64,000 nt of DNA from a virus: positions 4,936-68,935 of IMG/VR virus record IMGVR_UViG_3300033141_003184; one strand, 5' to 3'. The notes below the pieces were generated by a model. The model was not told where the DNA came from and did not search any database. It saw only the letters and a list, made by a program, of their open reading frames with translations. The position numbers and the translations under genes were made by a program. Shown here piece by piece: positions 57,115-64,000 of the stretch. Every line of letters starts with the position of its first letter. The stretch's first letter is position 1.

Positions 57115-57486
57115 ATGAAACCCAAAATAAAGATGAGTAAAAATAGAAAAATATCGTGGACGGAAGTTAAAGAAAAATATCTTGAATTTCACAAAATAGA
57201 TAAATATTCTGAGAATATGTCCATTGACATTGATTTTGGATATTGGTTAGTAAATGAAGCATTTATACAGAAGACTGATGAGTTTTGTGAATGGAAGCAT
57301 AACGTTTACACTGATCTTTTCAGAACTGAATGTGGGAAGAATGTTTATAAACACGTAGGTATAAAATGGAATTTTTGTCCTTATTGTGGCAGAAAAATAA
57401 AAATTTTGGGTGATTGCTATATCTGTGGCGATTTTTCTTCATTTCGGAGTTTGGACAACAGTGAAATTAATAAACTAAAAACATAA
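57115..57486 (+). CDS. Zinc-ribbon hypothetical protein
   Basis: CEW...TECG...FCPYCGRKI. Confidence 0.65.
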   Translation: MKPKIKMSKNRKISWTEVKEKYLEFHKIDKYSENMSIDIDFGYWLVNEAFIQKTDEFCEWKHNVYTDLFRTECGKNVYKHVGIKWNFCPYCGRKIKILGDCYICGDFSSFRSLDNSEINKLKT

Positions 57487-57491
57487 ATAAA

Positions 57492-57731
57492 ATGGATCAA
57501 ATAATGAATCTTTATCGGGTTACTCTCAAAGGCATGACCAGCACTGCAACTGGAATTGCTGAGGGTATAAGTTATGTTATAGCTCCAGATGCCGGGGAGG
57601 CGTATCAAAAGGTCAGGGAAAGGTTGGACAAAAAAGATATTGGGTTTAAGAAAGATAGAATATTAGATAAGGTTGAGCTGATTGCAAGCACGGACGAGTT
57701 CTCCGGGATTGATACGTTGCTTTATTTATAA
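57492..57731 (+). CDS. Hypothetical protein
   Basis: LYRVTL...YVIA.D..EAY..V. Confidence 0.65.
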   Translation: MDQIMNLYRVTLKGMTSTATGIAEGISYVIAPDAGEAYQKVRERLDKKDIGFKKDRILDKVELIASTDEFSGIDTLLYL

Positions 57732-57743
57732 AACAAAAAACAA

Positions 57744-58217
57744 ATGAAATTAATAACATTATTTTTTAGCCTTGCCGTATTTACTGGATATGTTGCATAC
57801 ATAACCATAAGATTCGGCTGGCTGAGATCAATTTCCATTTCATGGTATCACTTGAAAGTCGGTGAAAGATGGAAATTCACAGTAGCTTTATGGCTATTTT
57901 CTATTCCCTTAGCCATAGCCGGAGATACGGCATTATCCTTTCTTGCGGCAGCGGGGATATGTTTTTGTGGCGCTGCTGGAGATGCGAAAAATGATGAGGT
58001 AACAGAACGAGTGCATGTAATAGGAGCTACAGGTGGTATAATTCTGGGTATAGCTGCTATGATCTTAGATTTTGGATTATGGTATTTGGCATTGTCTTAT
58101 ATAGTGTTTGCATATTATATGATAAGAAAACAAGTGAAAAATCATACATTTTGGATCGAAGTATCAGCATTTTATTTGATCTGGCTTGGAATATTAATTA
58201 ATTTACTGAAAAAATAA
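57744..58217 (+). CDS. Multi-pass membrane protein
   Basis: About five hydrophobic helices. Confidence 0.75.
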   Translation: MKLITLFFSLAVFTGYVAYITIRFGWLRSISISWYHLKVGERWKFTVALWLFSIPLAIAGDTALSFLAAAGICFCGAAGDAKNDEVTERVHVIGATGGIILGIAAMILDFGLWYLALSYIVFAYYMIRKQVKNHTFWIEVSAFYLIWLGILINLLKK

Positions 58218-58223
58218 ACAGTT

Positions 58224-58748
58224 ATGAAAACAAAGATTTTTATACTATTATTCATTCCTTTCGTTACTTCCTGTAACTGGGGGAGAATCTGCTCACGACA
58301 TTTTCCTCCAACGATAGATACTGTTATTGTAATAAAAGATTCAGTTCATATCGAGTACAGGGATTCATTAATTCCGTATGCTCTACCACCAGATACAGTA
58401 GAAATCACTCATATAGACAGTATACCTATAACCCTTCCAGGACCTGTGATTAAAACAGATACAATGATTGCAGAGAATGATTTTTGTATAGCCTACTCTT
58501 GGTTGACATTGTATCAAAGAGTGATGCAACGTCATTTACAATTAGAAACAAAAGATACTACTCTAATGTTTCAATTAGATAGTGCTGTAAAAGAGTCAAA
58601 GTACTGGCATAATCAATATACAACTATTACAGAGAAACAAAAAATTATAGTAAAACAACATGTGAAAAACCGGTGGATTTGGTTCCTGGTTGGACTTACC
58701 GTCGGACTGATTATTGCTTTCCTTGTTGCTATCTGGGCAATGAAATAA
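58224..58748 (+). CDS. Candidate unimolecular spanin
   Basis: N-terminal lipobox FVTSC plus C-terminal TM WIWFLVGLTVGLIIAFLVAIW. Confidence 0.6.
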   Translation: MKTKIFILLFIPFVTSCNWGRICSRHFPPTIDTVIVIKDSVHIEYRDSLIPYALPPDTVEITHIDSIPITLPGPVIKTDTMIAENDFCIAYSWLTLYQRVMQRHLQLETKDTTLMFQLDSAVKESKYWHNQYTTITEKQKIIVKQHVKNRWIWFLVGLTVGLIIAFLVAIWAMK

Positions 58749-58761
58749 ATGATAACAATCT

Positions 58762-59220
58762 ATGGAATGGTCACTATCAACGAAACTCAAGATATTAAGA
58801 ATCCTAAGACCGATAGTAGAAATAATAGAAGATAAAGAATTTGTTAATTGGATAAAAGAAGAATACTCGAGAACGTTATATGAAGCGTTGGGACGAACTA
58901 ACAAAACTGAATTAATATTAAAAACAGTATTCGATTTCTATAATATTGACGAAGAAGTACTAAGTAAAAATAAATCATCAAGAAAAGTATTTTGGGTAAA
59001 AACAAGATATGTAATAGCGAACTTATTGTTAAAATACTCCGATCTATCGTATCGGGAAGTCGGACATATAATTAATAGAGATAGATGCACAGTCATCCAT
59101 GCTGAAAAGAAATTGGATGACTGGGAGTTCACTAAATCAGTAGAATGGATGGAATATAAGAAAATTGAAAAAATTCTTATTAAAGAAATAGAGTACTTAA
59201 ATAGTATTTCTACTGCTTAA
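58762..59220 (+). CDS. DnaA C-terminal HTH domain protein
   Basis: VFDFYNI....L....R....V..R.....L.....LSYREVG..INRDRCTVIHA. Confidence 0.8.
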   Translation: MEWSLSTKLKILRILRPIVEIIEDKEFVNWIKEEYSRTLYEALGRTNKTELILKTVFDFYNIDEEVLSKNKSSRKVFWVKTRYVIANLLLKYSDLSYREVGHIINRDRCTVIHAEKKLDDWEFTKSVEWMEYKKIEKILIKEIEYLNSISTA

Positions 59221-59237
59221 AAGAAAAACTGCCAATT

Positions 59238-59660
59238 TTAATACGGTATCCATAATAATTTCTTTGAATTTCTAACGTCCACATGAACCCATGTCGGCGT
59301 TGCCATCTCTACGGCCCTGATCCCTCCCTGATAGAAATAATGCTCATTATCTCTAATAATTTTTCTGATCTCTGCGGGATCAATGCCGGCGATCTGAATG
59401 TCAATGGCCCTGCCAAACTTATGCTGGGACAGTTTCGCTCCTATCTCTGTATCTGGCGGGCGGAACCCGGATAATTGTCTGTCCCCTCCGTGGTACCAAT
59501 TATTAATGATCACAGGCCGTCCGAAATGGTCTCGCAGGAATTGTGCTACATTGATAATTTTTTCATCCAGAAACCACAAGCTCTTTTCCTGAAATTCATT
59601 ATATATGCTTTCGGGAACGAATTCATCCAGAAAAAAGTCATGTGATAATTGTATTCTCAT
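59238..59660 (-). CDS. Endolysin, peptidase M15 family
   Basis: SGFR, SQHKFGRAID and WVHVD motifs. Confidence 0.88.
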   Translation of the reverse strand: MRIQLSHDFFLDEFVPESIYNEFQEKSLWFLDEKIINVAQFLRDHFGRPVIINNWYHGGDRQLSGFRPPDTEIGAKLSQHKFGRAIDIQIAGIDPAEIRKIIRDNEHYFYQGGIRAVEMATPTWVHVDVRNSKKLLWIPY

Positions 59661-59899
59661 TTCTTTTCCTGAAACCCTCCTTTTTTCAATAATTCGTTCT
59701 TTTCGTGGGAACCAAGGGAACTACCGAAATAATACCCTACAACGGACGTGAAAGATCCGATCAAAGCACCAATCACAAGATTCAACATGTCCTTGTTCTC
59801 TTCCGGGATTGCTATATATACGAGCAATATCAGAAGACCGAAAAATCCCAGGACTATAAGCGATCCCAGAATGTACTGAAAAATAATTTTTCCTTTCAT
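59657..59899 (-). CDS. Holin
   Basis: Two TMs; VVGYYFGSS motif; next to the endolysin. Confidence 0.78.
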   Translation of the reverse strand: MKGKIIFQYILGSLIVLGFFGLLILLVYIAIPEENKDMLNLVIGALIGSFTSVVGYYFGSSLGSHEKNELLKKGGFQEKK

Positions 59900-59901
59900 A
59901 A

Positions 59902-60099
59902 CTATTCTTTTTTGAAATAATTACCATTCATTAACAAACACCATACCAGAAGCCCCAGGAACCATATTCCATAAGCCAAACCATTCCACTTGCCGGGACT
60001 GGCGGCAATTAATCCTAATATCAGCGAAACAGCTGATACAACCAGCACACCCCATCCGGTGACTGTAAATTGCGCAATTTTTTTAACTAACTTTTTCAT
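59902..60099 (-). CDS. Small two-TM membrane protein
   Basis: Hydrophobic; within the lysis cluster. Confidence 0.6.
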   Translation of the reverse strand: MKKLVKKIAQFTVTGWGVLVVSAVSLILGLIAASPGKWNGLAYGIWFLGLLVWCLLMNGNYFKKE

Positions 60100-60407
60100 A
60101 ACATAAATTTTAGAATGAAACTTAATAATATTGCAATAGTACTTACTAATACCCCTATTGCCCAACGGTTAATTTTCTTTATCTTTTCTTCTCCTTTTTT
60201 TTCACCTTCAAAAAATTCTATAGTTTTCACCAATGCAGATACTGTCGTAGTAAGTTCTTTCATATCCTTGCTCAGGTCATTAATGGAATCGATCATGGCA
60301 TTCTGTCTCTCTTCAATTCTGGAAACGGTAACACTTAATGGTTCTCTGCCATTACCTTTCATTACCATTTTTTCTAATGTTTCAAGTCTCTCATTAATTT
60401 CTTTCAT
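60096..60407 (-). CDS. Coiled-coil protein with C-terminal TM (XhlA-like lysis accessory)
   Basis: GNGREPL..VSRIEERQ; terminal TM. Confidence 0.6.
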   Translation of the reverse strand: MKEINERLETLEKMVMKGNGREPLSVTVSRIEERQNAMIDSINDLSKDMKELTTTVSALVKTIEFFEGEKKGEEKIKKINRWAIGVLVSTIAILLSFILKFML

Positions 60408-60422
60408 TTGAAATATTTTTAA

Positions 60423-62510
60423 TCAGCGTATTATTTTCATTCTCCAAAAATCATATCTGTCATTTCCACCAAGAAAATATATATAACCATTCAAATAACA
60501 ACTTGACATTCCTTGTGCTCCGTATGGCAAATCTGGCCCTCGTCGCCATTCGTTATTAGCAATATTGTATATGTATATTCTTTTGGATCTACCAGCAAGA
60601 TCATTTAATGGTACTCCATGTTGTCCTCCAATTACCCATATTTCACCATTGATTACTTCACATTCCTTATATGCTGAAGCATAAGGTATTGGTGCAATAG
60701 TATCCCAAGTGTCTGTCGCAATATCATAAGAATAGCATGATGTTACAGGTGGAACATAGTCATATCCCGTCATTGTATTATGCGCTGATATTGCATATAA
60801 TTTCCTATTATAAGCACATCCAAAATCACCCAATAATTTTGGTTCAGGCATTTTTGCCAATGTTGTATCCCATGTATCTGTCTCTGTATCATAGACATAT
60901 AGATAATTGTTTGGTGAGTTTCCGCCCATGCAATATATTTTATTGCCCACTACCGCCGAACCCATATCTTCCACACCGCCAATAGGTATTCTTGCCTTTG
61001 CTGTATCCCATGTATCTGTATTGGGATTATATTCATATACTCTATCTGATTTATAACTATTTCTACCTAATCCTCCAATAAGATATAGCTTTCCATTTAC
61101 TTCTCTTAATATTGGACTTTGTAATTCAGTATCATTAGTTGTGCTCGGATCGTCTGGGACAGGTGTTTTTTCAGTCCATATATTTGTCTCAGGATCATAC
61201 TCCCAATTAGGTATATAAGACATTCCTCCACCATAGGCACCCCCCATAAAATATATTTTTCCATTACAAGTTTCTAATCCTTCTTGATTAATAAAATATT
61301 TTATTTTTGATATTGACGGAGTTGGCAGTCTCTCATAGATTGTTGGGTAATAATTTTCTATCCAATCATTATAATCTTTTAAAATACTGTTAAGCGTTGA
61401 TACCTCATCCGCCGTTAATGCCGCTCCTATATATGCTTCCATGCAATAATTAAATGTTTTACTATGTTCAATATATTCATTGTGATATATTGGTTCATTA
61501 TGATTTCCAAACATATATAAATTAACATCTGGTAATGAAGTAGGATTTCTCGAACTATTGCCTAATAATATCCCGTCTCCATATAAACTATAAGTATTAT
61601 TAACTCTTGTCATAGTTACATTACGAATATCATTATCTGTATTAATATCTACACCAATAGTATTATGCACTTGTATATGTATTGTGGTATCGTTACTTTG
61701 AGCTAAATTTACATATCTATAACTACTGCCATCATAATGTCGAATACCAAATACGGTAGTTCCTTTTAAATCCTCATAAGCAAAATAAGCTCCATAAGTA
61801 GCATTAATCGAATCAAGATGTATTCTGTCAGAATATGGAGCATATCTGAGATTAACATAACCGGCTCCAGTTCCTGCAATTCCAACATAAGGCATAAAAT
61901 CAGCATTATTTACATAACTTATATCATCCATCAACGTATCTATTTCAAAACTGCAATAATCAAGAGTGATCCAATCCCATTTTGCATTTATGGTATCATT
62001 CGTTGCAAACATCCAAAATCTATCAAGTTTATCCCAAATACCAGCATCTTTTAATCGTTCTACAACTTCATTTTGTTTTAGAACGACATCTAATGGAGGT
62101 TTACGATCAAATTTGGCATATATTTTTTGATAATTCGTATCAAGATCGTAATTATATACTTCATCTTTACTTTTTTGGTATGGAGAAATATTGAAATACT
62201 TTGTTAATGAATCAGTCGTCAATAAATATACTATATTTCCATTTCTTTTTATTTGGACAATTGTGTCCCCATTCCCCCCTATCTGTATGCCGCCATTAGC
62301 ATGGATGGGATCAGCGAAGGTAGCACGAGGGAGAGCATAACTCTTGTAATTCTTATCCCCAACGGTAATTTTCAGGGTATCTCCATATACTTTTGCGTTG
62401 GTGATTGTGTCACCTGTTTTGCTTATCTGCACTCCTTTGGGATGTAGTGCCTGACTATAACCACCCAATGAAAGGAGAATTAAACCTATAATTGCAATTA
62501 ACTTTTTCAT
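60423..62510 (-). CDS. Signal-peptide protein with central beta-sandwich and C-terminal Kelch propeller
   Basis: MKKLIAIIGLILLSLGGYS-Q; about six Kelch repeats (NGKIYFMGG...YDPETNIW). Confidence 0.8.
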   Translation of the reverse strand: MKKLIAIIGLILLSLGGYSQALHPKGVQISKTGDTITNAKVYGDTLKITVGDKNYKSYALPRATFADPIHANGGIQIGGNGDTIVQIKRNGNIVYLLTTDSLTKYFNISPYQKSKDEVYNYDLDTNYQKIYAKFDRKPPLDVVLKQNEVVERLKDAGIWDKLDRFWMFATNDTINAKWDWITLDYCSFEIDTLMDDISYVNNADFMPYVGIAGTGAGYVNLRYAPYSDRIHLDSINATYGAYFAYEDLKGTTVFGIRHYDGSSYRYVNLAQSNDTTIHIQVHNTIGVDINTDNDIRNVTMTRVNNTYSLYGDGILLGNSSRNPTSLPDVNLYMFGNHNEPIYHNEYIEHSKTFNYCMEAYIGAALTADEVSTLNSILKDYNDWIENYYPTIYERLPTPSISKIKYFINQEGLETCNGKIYFMGGAYGGGMSYIPNWEYDPETNIWTEKTPVPDDPSTTNDTELQSPILREVNGKLYLIGGLGRNSYKSDRVYEYNPNTDTWDTAKARIPIGGVEDMGSAVVGNKIYCMGGNSPNNYLYVYDTETDTWDTTLAKMPEPKLLGDFGCAYNRKLYAISAHNTMTGYDYVPPVTSCYSYDIATDTWDTIAPIPYASAYKECEVINGEIWVIGGQHGVPLNDLAGRSKRIYIYNIANNEWRRGPDLPYGAQGMSSCYLNGYIYFLGGNDRYDFWRMKIIR

Positions 62511-62722
62511 GACTCTTGACTTATTAATTCGTAATCAATATCTTCTGTTCCCGCACCGGCAAGGAATAACGTCAAATCCCCTCCTGTTTTATATTTATCT
62601 TTCACTATTTTTCCATCTCTCACACCTTCCCGATAATAAATGTCTCCATCTTTCCAATAACGAAATGTTGGAGTTGGAGTCGATGCTGATGATCCGCTTA
62701 CTGTTACTTTTATTGAGCTCAT
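62507..62722 (-). CDS. Hypothetical protein
   Basis: 71-aa ORF with overlapping start/stop. Confidence 0.55.
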   Translation of the reverse strand: MSSIKVTVSGSSASTPTPTFRYWKDGDIYYREGVRDGKIVKDKYKTGGDLTLFLAGAGTEDIDYELISQES

Positions 62723-63063
62723 ACGCTTGAATTTAGAATGAATACATCTGCTTGTCCATATCTGTATCTCTTCGGTGTATAATTAGCATCTGTTTCAGTT
62801 GTTTTTACCTGTGCTGCATATACACCGGTGCGTACATTAGTATAGGTTCCATCAATAATTATATCACAAATTCCAGATGTGGCATCTGTTTTTGTGATAG
62901 TCCCGCCAGATAATGTACATGTAATCATTATGGACTTGTCAAATTTATTGAAAATTTTAATTTCAATATCATCCAACGTATCCAGATCAAGAGCATTATC
63001 ATCTTCATCCACAATAGTGAATGTCAACGGGATGCTTTCATTTTGATAGTAAGTTTCCATCAT
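62719..63063 (-). CDS. BppU-like Ig-fold structural protein
   Basis: LTFTIVDEDDNALDL...G.ITKTDATSG...GVYAAQV. Confidence 0.6.
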   Translation of the reverse strand: MMETYYQNESIPLTFTIVDEDDNALDLDTLDDIEIKIFNKFDKSIMITCTLSGGTITKTDATSGICDIIIDGTYTNVRTGVYAAQVKTTETDANYTPKRYRYGQADVFILNSSV

Positions 63064-63216
63064 CTTTTATTTTTCTAATTTCATAACCTTCCGGTAGCAC
63101 AACCATATCAATGCATTCTTCCGGGATGCGTATTTCTTTTATTTCAGGCACCTTCAATGATATTATATCATCCCCTGAAACATGGAAATCATATACTTTC
63201 TGTTTCTTTTTTTTCA

Positions 63217-63513
63217 TCACTCTATCTTTTTTTCAAGTATATCCCATACCTGTCCCATTATCAATGGCGGAAACAATTCCCCTACTTTCTTTTTCAAGTA
63301 AGATATATCCTCCACACTCAGATCAACTTCTTCCGCCTCGTCTAATTTACGAAAAATTTCGTAGTTCTTGTACTTTCTCTCCGGTTTCTCATCTTTTCCC
63401 GGAGTGAGTATTGCCTGAATGCATACATCTTTTACACTCATCGCCCTGTTCTGAATCTTTAACGGCGTCTTGCCGTCAATGTCTTTTAGTACTGCATTTA
63501 ATTTTATTTTCAT
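63217..63513 (-). CDS. Tail-fibre-associated small protein
   Basis: LKDIDGK...VDLSVEDI..LKKKVG..FPPLIMGQ..DILE; follows the tail protein. Confidence 0.6.
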   Translation of the reverse strand: MKIKLNAVLKDIDGKTPLKIQNRAMSVKDVCIQAILTPGKDEKPERKYKNYEIFRKLDEAEEVDLSVEDISYLKKKVGELFPPLIMGQVWDILEKKIE

Positions 63514-63520
63514 AATTATT

Positions 63521-64000
63521 TTAAGTTATGGTTACTTCATCAACAATATCATATATGGTACCACATATATAGAATTTCTTTGCTTCCGCCAAATACGGGT
63601 TCCCATCAACCGATCGTCCCCACAATGTAATCACATCTCCGGCGGATAATGTAATATCCGTATATTTCGTTTGGTATGAAGTGCTGGTAGTGGTTGCGTA
63701 ACTCCCGGAAACTTCATCCCCGTTTTTCTTAATAATAAAATCTGATTGATGTCCGGCAGTACCAGAATGATATTCGTAATGAAAACGAACAATCAAATTA
63801 TCTCTTACATTGCTTCCCATTGTAAGTGTATAGAAAAGATCATAATCAGTTTCATCAGTAGAATATACATTGCCAGTATTGTCCCCACATAGATAATTAT
63901 AAGAGAGTGTATATCCCTTCACAAATTTTCCACGTATCCCCACTTCTCCATCAGGATTAATGTAAAAATTATAAGCATGAATACCTCCGTCACCAGCAAA
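63521..64000 (-). CDS. C-terminus of a tail/receptor-binding protein (partial)
   Basis: Frame appears open to the right edge; Thr/Ser/Tyr-rich beta domain (KNGDEV...DITLSAGDVITLWG). Confidence 0.55.
   Translation of the reverse strand, partial: FAGDGGIHAYNFYINPDGEVGIRGKFVKGYTLSYNYLCGDNTGNVYSTDETDYDLFYTLTMGSNVRDNLIVRFHYEYHSGTAGHQSDFIIKKNGDEVSGSYATTTSTSYQTKYTDITLSAGDVITLWGRSVDGNPYLAEAKKFYICGTIYDIVDEVTIT

Noticed and set aside
20101-57290. Other CTGATGA heptamers as additional hammerheads (e.g. 20101, 25741, ~26009, ~41706, ~57275)
   Set aside because: All lie inside CDSs without a stem II-GAAA-stem III arrangement. The minus strand was not checked exhaustively.
1-64000. Stop-codon reassignment or prophage integration
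   Set aside because: Conserved genes are full length in code 11 with TAA, TAG and TGA all used as stops. No integrase, att site or host genes are visible.

Overview
This window is most of a tailed dsDNA phage genome (siphovirus-like Caudoviricetes). The host is probably Bacteroidota, judging from TTTG-N19/20-TAnnTTT(G/A) promoters, AT-rich leaders and lipoprotein/signal-peptide style. 1-18.6 kb (- strand) is the packaging/head/tail module, with a six-gene glycan-modification cassette between the major capsid and neck genes. 18.6-20.4 kb is a divergent switch region and probable genome terminus. 19.8-59.2 kb (+ strand) holds early genes, replication/recombination genes (primase, DnaB-like helicase, split UDG-exo/PolA, clamp and loader, SSB, RecA, RuvC, split Rad50/Mre11, ThyX) and a 7-deazaguanine DNA-modification cluster (queD, queE, folE, dpdA-like, Dam-family and class I methyltransferases, no recognisable queC). 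59.2-64 kb (- strand) holds lysis and tail-end genes. Four observations stand out. (1) Two type I hammerhead ribozymes exactly bracket one small gene and should excise a 381-nt mRNA whose ends rebuild a hammerhead, making it a candidate circular mRNA. (2) In a ~1 kb stretch nearly every G is in G(n)AT and every C in ATC(n), yet it encodes a paralogue of that same gene with no Ala, Thr or Cys. (3) A third paralogue sits inside the deazaguanine cluster. (4) A tRNA-like element and a long hairpin sit just upstream of the same AAUGUCUAAC leader that the ribozymes expose. All protein calls come from motif recognition by eye, not database searches.
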